Program-made: the position numbers and the translations under genes
Source: Microcystis aeruginosa NIES-843
GTDB lineage: Bacteria > Cyanobacteriota > Cyanobacteriia > Cyanobacteriales > Microcystaceae
Reading direction: 5' to 3'
Assembly: GCF_000010625.1 (NCBI RefSeq)
Contig: NC_010296.1
Coordinates: 360,001-392,000, forward strand
Length of the DNA: 32,000 bases
The notes under the pieces: generated by a model
Seen by the model: the letters and a program-made list of their open reading frames with translations, nothing else
Database searches by the model: none
What the model was told of the DNA's origin: nothing
In this document: positions 18,879 to 26,275 of the stretch, piece after piece
How positions within the stretch are numbered: the first letter of the stretch is position 1
Layout of the letters: every line of letters begins with the position of its first letter

Positions 18879-18900
18879 TTGTACAATAAAGTTGTACAAG
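18879..18900. promoter_or_regulatory. Palindromic TGTACA operator upstream of yefM copy 1 (one mismatch)
   Basis: The sequence is ttgtacaa-taaag-ttgtacaag, with a TACAAT -10-like hexamer inside the left half-site. Confidence 0.5.
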
Positions 18901-18915
18901 TCTCCCCTAAAAATC

Positions 18916-19200
18916 ATGTTAAGCAAAGAAACCACCTACTCTCAGGCGAGAATGAATTTAGCCAGTATCTTAGATCAGGTGTGTGACGAATCTCAAATTA
19001 TCGTCATTAAGCGTCGCAATCAGAAAAATGTCGCCTTAATTGCTGAAGATGAGCTTTCCAGTTTATTAGAGTGTGTTTATTTATTGCGCTCGCCAGAAAA
19101 TGCCCAGCGCTTATTTCGCTCTTTAGCATGGACCCAGACAGAAGATGCAACTCCTCAAACATTAGCTGAATTGAAAGAGGAGTTAGGAATTGAGTCCTAA
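18916..19200 (+). CDS. yefM: Phd/YefM-family type II antitoxin (copy 1)
   Basis: 94 aa, MLSKETTYSQARMNLASILDQV..IVIKRRNQKNVALIAEDELSSLLECVYLLRSPENAQRL, typical of YefM. The ORF-track N-terminal extension from 18739 runs over J1 and is rejected. Confidence 0.85.
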   Translation: MLSKETTYSQARMNLASILDQVCDESQIIVIKRRNQKNVALIAEDELSSLLECVYLLRSPENAQRLFRSLAWTQTEDATPQTLAELKEELGIES

Positions 19201-19698
19201 AAGAGAAAATAAGCCAGATAAACCTAAAAACAATCCTATTCATAGTTATTTGCCCGTTTTTAGTCCTGATTTCAAAGCAGATTTAGCTTGGTGGTATCGG
19301 AACGAACCGAAAAAAGGCGATAAAATCTTAGACTTAGTAGCAGATATTTTGGATGCCGATCCGTTTACAGGATTGGGTAGGCCCGAACCTCTTAAGTATA
19401 TTGCTGCCGACACTTGGTCACGACGGATCGACTTAGTGGGACTTAGGCGTTTTCGGTCAGCAAAAAAGGCTCAAACCATTACGGGACAAAGGGTTAACCT
19501 CGATTTATGATTTTCCTTGATATATCTGGGTTTCAGCGATTTTGGGCTTCTCGAAGTAAATCCCAAGCGGGGATTGGAGTTGAAGCTTTTCTCGATTTGT
19601 TTTTTGTCTAAGTCCCATTAGAGCATCGTTTGGTTTATAAAGTCACAGGAAATAAGGTTTATTTTTTACAAGCTCGTTATCATTATCAATCAGGCTAA
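19190..19698 (+). pseudogene. yoeB: Txe/YoeB-family toxin interrupted by a 182-bp MITE (copy 1)
   Basis: The reading frame ...DPFTGLGRPEPLKYIAADTWSRRIDL is broken at 19435 and resumes at 19621 as EHRLVYKVTGNKVYFLQARYHYQSG*. Removing 185 nt restores a 324-nt ORF. The real start may be the TTG at 19250. Confidence 0.85.
19436..19617. mobile_element. 182-bp MITE inside yoeB copy 1
   Basis: The terminal inverted repeats are (g)tgggacttag ... ctaagtccca. It is flanked by a duplicated TTA/TA (19433-35 and 19618-20). It is absent from the otherwise identical copy 2. Confidence 0.85.
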
Positions 19699-19762
19699 AC
19701 TCAGACAAACCTATTAAGAACTGTTACAGGAGAAAGGGGACAAAGAACGTAGTACGTTCCCC

Positions 19763-19883
19763 CTCGCAGCTTGGGTTAAGCGATAGCCCAACCCAACACT
19801 AAAGGCGGATAGTAGAACAATACACACTCCCCCCCACAAATGTATCAAAAGCTACAATTTATAAATCTTTACATTCCTGTCCC
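19763..19883 (+). repeat. J1 junction element, copy b
   Basis: The sequence is ctcgcagcttgggttaagcgatagcccaacccaacactaaaggcggatagtagaacaatacacactcccccccacaaatgtatcaaaagctacaatttataaatctttacattcctgtccc. Confidence 0.7.
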
Positions 19884-19970
19884 TGATGGCTTACGCTGGT
19901 ATCTGTACTACTCCCTTGACAGCATCAGGATTTTCAGTGATCTGGGGATTTGATTGACACTCTAGCTAAA

Positions 19971-20276
19971 ATGTCAGAAAATGAGGGCATAAAAACAATT
20001 CGATGGAGTCAAGAAAAGAACAGACAACTTCAACAAGAACGAGGGCTAACATTTGAGATGGTCGTTACAGCAATACAACAAGGAAATGTCCTAGAAGATC
20101 TCGTCCATCCCAATGTTACTAAATATCCTAACCAGCGCATGATGGTTGTAAGAATTGGTAGTTATGCTTTTCTGGTTCCCTATATAGATTCGCCATCAGA
20201 ACTATTTCTCAAAACAATTATTCCCTCAAGAAAAGCGACAAAGAAATATCTTGGACTCCAGAAAAATAATGACTAA
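19971..20276 (+). CDS. brnT: BrnT-like (DUF497) type II toxin
   Basis: IRWSQEKNRQLQQERGLTFEMV and the C-terminal IIPSRKATKKY resemble the DUF497/BrnT pattern (W..K...N..KHG..F ... ISARKAT..E). Start is uncertain: TTG 19950 or ATG 19971. Confidence 0.6.
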   Translation: MSENEGIKTIRWSQEKNRQLQQERGLTFEMVVTAIQQGNVLEDLVHPNVTKYPNQRMMVVRIGSYAFLVPYIDSPSELFLKTIIPSRKATKKYLGLQKNND

Positions 20277-20550
20277 GCTTAATCAAGAAGAACAAGAAAT
20301 TCTCGATTCTTATGAAAAAGATGAGTGGCTTTCTGTCACCACACCAGAGAGAATCACCGAGATACAATCCTATGGGAAAGCTACCCTAAATAAGGATAAG
20401 AAAGTTACTTTGCGTTTGTCTTCCCTTGATCTGGATGCTCTTCAATCTAAAGCAATAGAGGAAGGTATCCCCTATCAGACACTTATCTCTAGTATCCTGC
20501 ACAAATATATCACGGGTGAGCTAGTTGAAAGTAATTTCAAAAAAGGGTAA
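20269..20550 (+). CDS. brnA: BrnA/CopG-like RHH antitoxin
   Basis: EEQEILDSYEKDEWLSV ... KKVTLRLSSLDLDALQSKAIEEGIPYQTLISSILHKYITG matches the CopG-antitoxin/BrnA pattern. Its ATG overlaps the brnT stop (ATGACTAA). Confidence 0.7.
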   Translation: MTKLNQEEQEILDSYEKDEWLSVTTPERITEIQSYGKATLNKDKKVTLRLSSLDLDALQSKAIEEGIPYQTLISSILHKYITGELVESNFKKG

Positions 20551-20557
20551 ACCAAAA

Positions 20558-20650
20558 CAACGCAACCCAACACCAAGAGACACATTCACACATACTACCC
20601 GACAACTGTATCAAAAGCTACAATTTAATAAATCTTTGCATTCCTCTCCC
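20558..20650 (+). repeat. J1 junction element, copy c (left arm shortened)
   Basis: The sequence is aacgcaacccaacaccaagagacacattcacacatactacccgacaactgtatcaaaagctacaatttaataaatctttgcattcctctccc. Confidence 0.7.
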
Positions 20651-20689
20651 TTCAGATTTTGGGGTTTTTGGGGAGTTCAAGAGCTTGGA

Positions 20690-20712
20690 CTTGTACAATA
20701 AAGTTGTACAAG
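20690..20712. promoter_or_regulatory. Perfect 9-bp inverted repeat operator upstream of yefM copy 2
   Basis: The sequence is cttgtacaa-taaag-ttgtacaag. A TACAAT hexamer is embedded and the yefM ATG is 16 nt downstream. Confidence 0.55.
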
Positions 20713-20727
20713 TCTCCCCTAAAAATC

Positions 20728-21012
20728 ATGTTAAGCAAAGAAACCACCTACTCTCAGGCGAGAATGAATTTAGCGAGTCTCTTAGATCAGGTGTGTGACG
20801 AATCCCAAATTATCGTCATTAAGCGTCGCAATCAGAAAAATGTCGCCTTAATTGCTGAAGATGAGCTTTCCAGTTTATTAGAGTGTGTTTATTTATTGCG
20901 CTCGCCAGAAAATGCCCAACGCTTATTTCGCTCTTTAGCATGGGCCCAGACAGAAGATGCAACTCCTCAAACATTAGCTGAATTGAAAGAGGAGTTAGGA
21001 ATTGAGTCCTAA
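20728..21012 (+). CDS. yefM: Phd/YefM-family type II antitoxin (copy 2)
   Basis: 94 aa, differing from copy 1 by a few residues only. Confidence 0.85.
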   Translation: MLSKETTYSQARMNLASLLDQVCDESQIIVIKRRNQKNVALIAEDELSSLLECVYLLRSPENAQRLFRSLAWAQTEDATPQTLAELKEELGIES

Positions 21013-21414
21013 AAGAGAAAATAAGCCAGATAAACCTAAAAACAATTCTATTCATAGTTATTTGCCCGTTTTTAGTCCTGATTTCAAAGCAGATTTAGCT
21101 TGGTGGTATCGGAACGAACCGAAAAAAGGCGATAAAATCTTAGACTTAGTAAGCTTAGACGCATTTAAGTTTCCTACTCGTATCCCTATCTACAAGGCGT
21201 TCCAGGATATTAAAGTGCAATGTAAGTGCGTCTAAGCTTAGCAGATATTTTGGATGCCGATCCGTTTACAGGATTGGGTAGGCCCGAACCTCTTAAGTAT
21301 ATTGCTGCCGACACTTGGTCACGACGGATCGACTTAGAGCATCGTTTGGTTTATAAAGTCACAGGAAATAAGGTTTATTTTTTACAAGCTCGTTATCATT
21401 ATCAATCAGGCTAA
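21002..21414 (+). pseudogene. yoeB: Txe/YoeB-family toxin interrupted by an 87-bp MITE (copy 2)
   Basis: The frame is broken after ..KKGDKILDLV at 21151 and resumes at 21241 (ADILDADPFTGLGRPEPLKY...RYHYQSG*). Removing 89 nt restores the same 324-nt ORF as in copy 1. Confidence 0.85.
21152..21238. mobile_element. 87-bp MITE inside yoeB copy 2
   Basis: The terminal inverted repeats are agcttagacgca(t)ttaag ... (c)ttacgtgcgtctaagct in reverse-complement sense, about 15 bp. It is flanked by a duplicated TA (21150-51 and 21239-40). Confidence 0.85.
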
Positions 21415-21506
21415 ACTCAGACAAACCTATTAAGAACTGTTACAGGAGAAAGGAGACAAAGAACGTATTTTGTCGGTTATTTTTCGGTGAAGTTGGCGGG
21501 GTTGAC

Positions 21507-22007
21507 TTATTGATTTTCATCAATTTCTTGCGCCGATCTTAATAGATATAAATACAATCTTTGATTAACAAGGAAACCTGCTTTTAAAATTAAATCATCC
21601 ATTAATGGCTGAATGGCAGCAATTAATCTTCTTCTTTTGGCAATTAATAAAATACCTAAAATTCCCATAACATTCAAGCCTAAACTCATAGCTTTCTTTC
21701 TGCCAGGGTTCTCATCTATAATGACTCTATCAGCATTTAGAGAAATAGCTAAAGCTATCGTTTCTGATTCTCCTCGGTGTAATTCCTTCTGTAAATCTTT
21801 CAATAATAAACGATCTTTTAACTCTCGCTTTTCTATCCAAGATAGGGTTTGAACTTCAATAGTGCCTGGAACTGAATAACCTAATCCTGTCATTTCTTCA
21901 TAAACAGCTACTGGAATAATAATTGTTCCATAAATATCAGGCAGCAAGTTAAGATAGCCGATAGCAGCTAAACTGGTAATAGGAGAGGTGTTACTAACAA
22001 CAATCAC
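21507..22007 (-). CDS. DUF3368-type PIN-like toxin (full length, catalytic-site variant)
   Basis: 166 aa from a GTG that overlaps the upstream stop (GTGA). It aligns over its full length by eye with the paralog at 23968..24477, but the N-terminal motif reads VVSNTSP instead of VVSDTSP. Confidence 0.7.
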   Translation of the reverse strand: MIVVSNTSPITSLAAIGYLNLLPDIYGTIIIPVAVYEEMTGLGYSVPGTIEVQTLSWIEKRELKDRLLLKDLQKELHRGESETIALAISLNADRVIIDENPGRKKAMSLGLNVMGILGILLIAKRRRLIAAIQPLMDDLILKAGFLVNQRLYLYLLRSAQEIDENQ

Positions 22008-22249
22008 AGATCGCCTAAGCTTTTTAGCGTTTCTAATTCTTGTTGCCAATCTACACTATCATAATTTACACAAATATTCCTCTTGGCGAGTTCTTGACGA
22101 AATTAAATTAAAGATAAGTTGGCAAAATCAGCCGCTTTTGCGCTACTGATATGATAATCTCTAAACATAATGATTGCCAGTTCTAGTCGCAACAGTTGCT
22201 CGTTTTTTCCTGTTGCTTGTATAATTTCGTTGGGAATCACAATAGTCAT
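22004..22249 (-). pseudogene. UPF0175-family antitoxin with premature stop (E49*)
   Basis: Collinear with the intact copy at 26745..26990. Base 22105 is A where the intact copy has C, changing GAA to TAA at codon 49. This is why no ORF appears here in the track. Confidence 0.8.
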
Positions 22250-22342
22250 TGAATTTTACGATATCGATCTGAGAGTTGCCATTATATCACAAAAAACTAC
22301 TTGTGAACAATTAATTAATAAAAATTAATGATTAGAAACACG

Positions 22343-22493
22343 GGCAAAAAAATAAACCCACTCAAGATTGAATGAAGGGGCATTTATGGTATTTTTAGAG
22401 GCAATTTAGCCGAATTTTGTGGTTTTTTTTTCGGTGGATTTAGAGGGTTTTAGTTTACGCTTCAGGGTTGAAGTTGTGGCGAAGAGGTCGAGG
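22343..22493 (-). repeat. J2 junction element copy 1, with a PEP-CTERM tail remnant
   Basis: The minus strand reads ..LFATTSTLKRKLKPSKSTEKKTTKFG* (stop at 22406-08). It is followed by the conserved hairpin and T-run. No upstream body of the gene is present. Confidence 0.7.
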
Positions 22494-22526
22494 ACGATTT
22501 GAGGAAAACTGTTAAATGTGATTAAA

Positions 22527-22751
22527 TAGGGTTTGCGGCAAAAAGTTTTTCCTGGGGGCAGGGTGTGGGGTGTAGGGTGTAGGGTGTAGGGTGTAGGGTT
22601 TTAGCGATTTTGAGGGGGTCAATTACCTAATTTTCAGGGAAAAAGTCCAGGAATTTTCCACCCGATCACTCCCAGATCTGGCACTTTTTGGTTTCCAAAA
22701 AGTCTAAAAGTCTTACCCAACAAGGTTTTTAGATTTATTCAGCAAGCCCTA
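22527..22751. mobile_element. MITE-like dispersed repeat with GGGTGTR x5 heptamer core (copy B)
   Basis: Collinear with 14007-14223. The inverted termini are tagggtttgcgg / cagcaagcccta. The heptamer number differs (5 versus 4). Confidence 0.65.
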
Positions 22752-22800
22752 AATAGAGTACAATGAAAGTTGAAGATACACCTAGTTACCTAGTTAAGCC

Positions 22801-23007
22801 ATGAAACAAGTTCTCAAAAATATTAAGGTATCGGAGATTCCTACACTAATCGCTCAGTTAGGTCTTTCTCCTGAACAAGAAGTTAATCTGACGATTGAGG
22901 AAAATTCAGAAAGTCTTATCTCAATTATGGATAAAGTCGGCAAAAAAGCTCAAGCTAAAGGTTTGACAGAAGATAAACTAACAGAACTATTAGCAGATGA
23001 ATCCTAA
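22801..23007 (+). CDS. Putative antitoxin (68 aa) of the downstream PIN toxin
   Basis: Small acidic ORF overlapping the PIN gene start by 11 nt. Family not recognised. Confidence 0.55.
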   Translation: MKQVLKNIKVSEIPTLIAQLGLSPEQEVNLTIEENSESLISIMDKVGKKAQAKGLTEDKLTELLADES

Positions 23008-23407
23008 TCGAGTTGTTATAGATACCAATGTTTTTATTAGTGCTTTACTCAATCCACTAGGAACACCCAAAAAAGTAATCAATATAGCAGTCAGTCAATT
23101 TACCATTCTCCAGAGCGAGGCAACTTATCAAGAATTGGCAACGAGAATAAGTAAAAAGAAATTTGACAAATATTTAGAAAAAGATGATAGGTTAGATTTC
23201 TTGTCGTCTCTTAAAAATAGGAGCTTATTTGTTGATATATTGCATGAAACGAGAGTGTGTTCCGATTTAGATGATAATAAATTCTTAGAATTAGCTGTAT
23301 CTGGAATGGCACAATACATCATAACAGGCGATAAGGATCTTTTAATTCTCAATACTTATCAAGGGATTCCAATTATTACTCCAGCAGAGTTTTTAGCTAT
23401 TTTCTAG
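22997..23407 (+). CDS. PIN-domain toxin (PIN_3 / TIGR00305-like)
   Basis: 136 aa with VVIDTNVFISALL at the N-terminus and ITGDKDLL near the C-terminus, the hallmark of this PIN subgroup. Confidence 0.75.
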   Translation: MNPNRVVIDTNVFISALLNPLGTPKKVINIAVSQFTILQSEATYQELATRISKKKFDKYLEKDDRLDFLSSLKNRSLFVDILHETRVCSDLDDNKFLELAVSGMAQYIITGDKDLLILNTYQGIPIITPAEFLAIF

Positions 23408-23435
23408 TGTCACTGAGAATTTTTTGAGGGAGGAA

Positions 23436-23536
23436 GGCAAAAAAATAAACCCCTTCAAGTGACTGATTGAAGGGGCATTGATGGTATTTTTAGAGGCAAT
23501 TTAGCCGACTTTTGTGGTTGCTTTTTCGGTGGATTG
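23436..23536 (-). repeat. J2 junction element copy 2
   Basis: The sequence is ggcaaaaaaataaaccccttcaag..gaaggggcattgatggtatttttagaggcaatttagccgacttttgtggttgctttttcggtggatt. Confidence 0.7.
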
Positions 23537-23544
23537 GGAGGGGT

Positions 23545-23612
23545 TTATTTGGCAACTGATAATAAAGCCTCTTCTATTGGCTTTGGTAACTCAATAGCAT
23601 AAAACCGATTCT
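23545..23612 (-). pseudogene. 3' remnant (about 22 codons) of a paralog of the 27190..27429 gene
   Basis: The minus strand reads NRFYAIELPKPIEEALLSVAK*, compared with NRFHPIELPKPIEEALLSMAN* in the intact gene. It has the same junction to J2. Confidence 0.65.
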
Positions 23613-23640
23613 TAATGTGTAAAATGTGTAAGAGGAAGAG

Positions 23641-23690
23641 ACGCAAAAAATAAACCTGCTCAACTGACTAAATGAAGGGGGTTATGATAT
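23641..23690 (-). repeat. J2 junction element copy 3 (hairpin part only)
   Basis: The sequence acgcaaaaaataaacctgctcaactgactaaatgaagggggttatgat resembles the A-run plus hairpin portion of J2. Confidence 0.45.
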
Positions 23691-23725
23691 CATTCCAATA
23701 GGAAGGGATAGATAGGGTTATAGCC

Positions 23726-23971
23726 ATGAGTATTGATATCTCCGATGAAATTCTCAGTGCAACACGCATGACTGAAGCTGAGATGAGGCAGGAAATTGCG
23801 GTCATGCTCTTTCAAAAAGAGAAGCTCACCCTTGCTCAAGCGAGTCGATTTGCAGGAATGAATCGTATTGCTTTTCAACACCTACTTGCAAGTCGTCAAA
23901 TTCCGGTACACTACGATGTCGAAGATTTTGAACAGGATATTAAGAACTTGCGGGAGATGGGAAGATTGTGA
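23726..23971 (+). CDS. UPF0175-family antitoxin
   Basis: 81 aa, MSIDISDEILSATRMTEAEMRQEIAVMLFQKEKLTLAQASRFAGMNRIAFQHLLASRQIPVHYD. It has a 4-nt overlap with the downstream PIN-like gene. Confidence 0.75.
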   Translation: MSIDISDEILSATRMTEAEMRQEIAVMLFQKEKLTLAQASRFAGMNRIAFQHLLASRQIPVHYDVEDFEQDIKNLREMGRL

Positions 23972-24477
23972 TTGTTGTCAGTGATACATCCCCTATCAAC
24001 AATCTTGCCGCCATTAATCAACTTCATCTGCTACAACAACTTTACGAAATAGTTTTTATTCCTGAAGCAGTTTATCGAGAATTAACTGAGCCTGATTTTC
24101 CAGTAGCAGGTTCAATAGAAGTCCAAACCTTAGATTGGATTCAAACTCGAACGGTAACTAACCGCACGGTGATTAAAGCTCTTGCTGATGAACTAGATAA
24201 GGGAGAAGCTGAGGCTATTGCTTTAGCACTTGAGTTGGGAGCAGATCAAGTTTTGATTGATGAGCGTCGTGGTCGTAGAATTGCTGCTAGACTTAATCTT
24301 CGATACACAGGAATTCTGGGCATTTTAGTTGAGGCGAAGAATCGAGGGTTAATCTCTGAGGTGAAACCCTTGCTAGACGCTTTGATTGATCGAGCAGGAT
24401 TTTGGGTTGCTGCACCTTTATACAGCAGTGTTTTACAGATTGTTGATGAAGAAAAAAATAAACCCCCTCAAGATTGA
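23968..24477 (+). CDS. DUF3368-type PIN-like toxin
   Basis: 169 aa with MIVVSDTSPINNLAAI and GEAEAIALA..DERRGR motifs. The last ~8 codons (EEKNKPPQD*) are encoded by J2 copy 4. Confidence 0.75.
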   Translation: MIVVSDTSPINNLAAINQLHLLQQLYEIVFIPEAVYRELTEPDFPVAGSIEVQTLDWIQTRTVTNRTVIKALADELDKGEAEAIALALELGADQVLIDERRGRRIAARLNLRYTGILGILVEAKNRGLISEVKPLLDALIDRAGFWVAAPLYSSVLQIVDEEKNKPPQD

Positions 24478-24536
24478 AGAAGGGGCATTGATGGTATTTT
24501 TAGAGGCAATTTAGCCTACTTTTGTGGTTTCTTTTT
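24451..24536 (-). repeat. J2 junction element copy 4
   Basis: The sequence is gaaaaaaataaaccccctcaagattgaagaaggggcattgatggtatttttagaggcaatttagcctacttttgtggtttcttttt. Confidence 0.7.
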
Positions 24537-24578
24537 AATGGCGATACAATGAAGTTACCACCACTTAATGAAACCTCT

Positions 24579-24887
24579 ATGAGCCTCATCCTTCCCTCTG
24601 AACTTCTGCAAACAGTACAAATGACTGAAGCTCAAATGCTCACGGAAATCGCTATCATGCTCTATCAGCAGCAACGTCTTCAATTTGAACAAGCAGCCGA
24701 ACTAACGGGAATGGCGATCGATGATTTCTACCAATTGCTAGTATCGCGTAATATCCTCACTCCACCCACGGACCCCGACGACGAACCAAAAGAACTCATC
24801 CTCACCAGTCTTCGTATTTCTCTTCAGCAAGTTAAAGAGGGCAAAGTACATCCCATCTCTGAACTGTGGGATGGCATAGATGACTGA
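24579..24887 (+). CDS. Antitoxin with a UPF0175-like N-terminal domain (partner of the RelE-like toxin)
   Basis: MSLILPSELLQTVQMTEAQMLTEIAIMLYQQQRLQFEQAAELTGM aligns with the UPF0175 proteins of this window. The upstream part of ORF 24522 lies in J2 and is rejected. Confidence 0.6.
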   Translation: MSLILPSELLQTVQMTEAQMLTEIAIMLYQQQRLQFEQAAELTGMAIDDFYQLLVSRNILTPPTDPDDEPKELILTSLRISLQQVKEGKVHPISELWDGIDD

Positions 24888-25233
24888 AGGAATCCCCTCT
24901 ATTAAAATCCTTTTCTCTGATGAATTCAAGGATCGACTTCGCATCCTCGCCAAACGCTATCGGAGCATTCGTACTGATATACAACCCCTAATTGATGACC
25001 TTCAGATAGGCAAATTCATCGGCGATAAAATACCAGGAATAGGCTACACTGTTTTTAAAGTTCGCCTCAAAAACAGCGATATTCAAAAGGGCAAAAGTAG
25101 CGGCTATCGTGTTATCTATCAACTTAAAGACAATAGTTATGTTTTGATGCTCCTCATCTATGCCAAATCTGACCAAACGGACATCCCAGCGCAGCAAATT
25201 CAAGACATCATTAATAAGTTTGACAGTTTTTAG
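24880..25233 (+). CDS. RelE/ParE-superfamily type II toxin
   Basis: 117 aa. FKVRLKNSDIQKGKSSGYRVIYQL....LMLLIYAKSDQTDI is the typical RelE/HigB-like core. Its ATG overlaps the antitoxin stop. Confidence 0.7.
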   Translation: MTEGIPSIKILFSDEFKDRLRILAKRYRSIRTDIQPLIDDLQIGKFIGDKIPGIGYTVFKVRLKNSDIQKGKSSGYRVIYQLKDNSYVLMLLIYAKSDQTDIPAQQIQDIINKFDSF

Positions 25234-25249
25234 AAGTATTAATAGATGC

Positions 25250-25284
25250 CAAAAATAAACCTCCTCAAGATTGAATTAAGGGGG
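25250..25284 (-). terminator. Rho-independent terminator of the PEP-CTERM gene (part of J2 copy 5, 25249-25350)
   Basis: The minus strand reads CCCCCTTAA-ttcaatc-TTGAGGAGG followed by TTTATTTTTGG. Confidence 0.6.
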
Positions 25285-25309
25285 CATTTATGGTATTTTT
25301 AGAAGCAAT

Positions 25310-26029
25310 TTATCCTATTTCTGTGGTTTCTTTTTCAGTGGATTGAGAGGACTTTAGTTTGCGTTTGAGGGTTGAAGCTGCGCCGAGAGTGCCGAGGGCA
25401 AGGAGACTGAGGGTTGAGGTGGGTTCAGGGACTGAGGTTGGTGCGTTGCTTCCTGTCAAAGTTCCTTGCAATCTTACTCCTTCTAGGAAGTTATCTGTTG
25501 GATCAATAATCCGAATGGTTAGTTGATTCTGTCCTTGATTGAGAAGTGCAGCCGTGGAAGAACCTGCGGCAAGAGAAAATGGTGTTAAACTACCCCAAGC
25601 GCCAGCACTTAGTGAGGCAATCTGTTGCCCATTGAGAGCCAAAATACCAGTATCATCTACCGCCCAACTCCCTGTAATAGAGACTGTCGAGAGATCGACC
25701 CCAGTCAGATCAAAGGCACGAGTATAAGTTCCAAGTCCATTAGCTGGTGTATTGGCATCTCTAGCAATCCAAGTGGAATTAGGCCCATTAGCCAACCATC
25801 CACCAAACCAATTTGGATTGCCCGGATAGACTGTTTGAGCCGGAGTAGTAGTTGAACTGCCTTGAGGGTTATCTACAGTCCAGTGAGCGTCAGATTGTGC
25901 TCCTGTTGTGATTAAGGTATTGGAAGCATCTAATCCTGTTGCTAAATTAATAGTGATCGCTTGAGCTTGAGTCGGAAAAAATAAAAAAGGAATGACTAGA
26001 GTAGAAACGGCGGCTAAGTTTTTTAGCAT
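25310..26029 (-). CDS. Secreted PEP-CTERM sorting-domain protein
   Basis: It has a signal peptide (MLKNLAAVSTLVIPFLFFPTQAQA). The C-terminal VPEPTSTLSLLALGTLGAASTLKRKLK gives the PEP motif, a TM helix and a basic cluster, followed by a 13-aa tail. Confidence 0.85.
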   Translation of the reverse strand: MLKNLAAVSTLVIPFLFFPTQAQAITINLATGLDASNTLITTGAQSDAHWTVDNPQGSSTTTPAQTVYPGNPNWFGGWLANGPNSTWIARDANTPANGLGTYTRAFDLTGVDLSTVSITGSWAVDDTGILALNGQQIASLSAGAWGSLTPFSLAAGSSTAALLNQGQNQLTIRIIDPTDNFLEGVRLQGTLTGSNAPTSVPEPTSTLSLLALGTLGAASTLKRKLKSSQSTEKETTEIG

Positions 26030-26085
26030 TCTAACCTCTCTTTTTTGCTAAATATATTGTTAAGTGCGATCGCCCTTTAGCCATT

Positions 26086-26198
26086 AGGTGAAGCAACAAC
26101 CCAACCCAACACCAAAGGCGGATAGTAGAACAATACACACTCCCCCCCCACAAATGTATCAAAAGCTACAATTTAATAAATATTTGCATTCCTATCCC
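26086..26198 (+). repeat. J1 junction element, copy d
   Basis: The sequence is aggtgaagcaacaacccaacccaacaccaaaggcggatagtagaacaatacacactccccccccacaaatgtatcaaaagctacaatttaataaatatttgcattcctatccc. Confidence 0.7.
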
Positions 26199-26237
26199 TT
26201 CAGATTTTGGGGTTTTTGGGGAGTTCAAGAGCTTGGA

Positions 26238-26260
26238 CTTGTACAATAAAGTTGTACAAG
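26238..26260. promoter_or_regulatory. Perfect inverted-repeat operator upstream of yefM copy 3
   Basis: The sequence is cttgtacaa-taaag-ttgtacaag, with TACAAT at 26242-26247. Confidence 0.55.
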
Positions 26261-26275
26261 TCTCCCCTAAAAATC

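Noticed and set aside
18677-18935. ORFs 18677..18889(+), 18735..18935(-) and the N-terminal 59 codons of 18739..19200
   Set aside because: They run across the J1 repeat and the yefM operator. The equivalent regions of the other copies are not open in the same frames. The real gene is yefM, starting at 18916.
19007-19243. 78-aa minus-strand ORFs antisense to yefM (19007..19243, 20819..21055, 26367..26600)
   Set aside because: They are conserved only because yefM is duplicated. They are antisense to a well-supported gene and no family is recognised. An antisense peptide or RNA cannot be excluded but is unsupported.
24522-24578. N-terminal extension (MWFLFNGDTMKLPPLNETS) of the antitoxin ORF, plus the extensions MATRIRNAKKLRRS of ORF 21507..22049 and MCIVLL...AYF of ORF 29211..29645
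   Set aside because: The extensions lie in J2, in the upstream antitoxin gene, or in J1 respectively. Paralogs in the window start at the internal ATG/GTG positions used in my feature list.
26152-26250. Short ORF starting at the ATG inside J1 (ATGTATCAAAAGCTACAATTT...)
   Set aside because: The ATG exists in only two of six J1 copies (CTG in the others), and the downstream reading frames and lengths differ. It is not a conserved micro-ORF.
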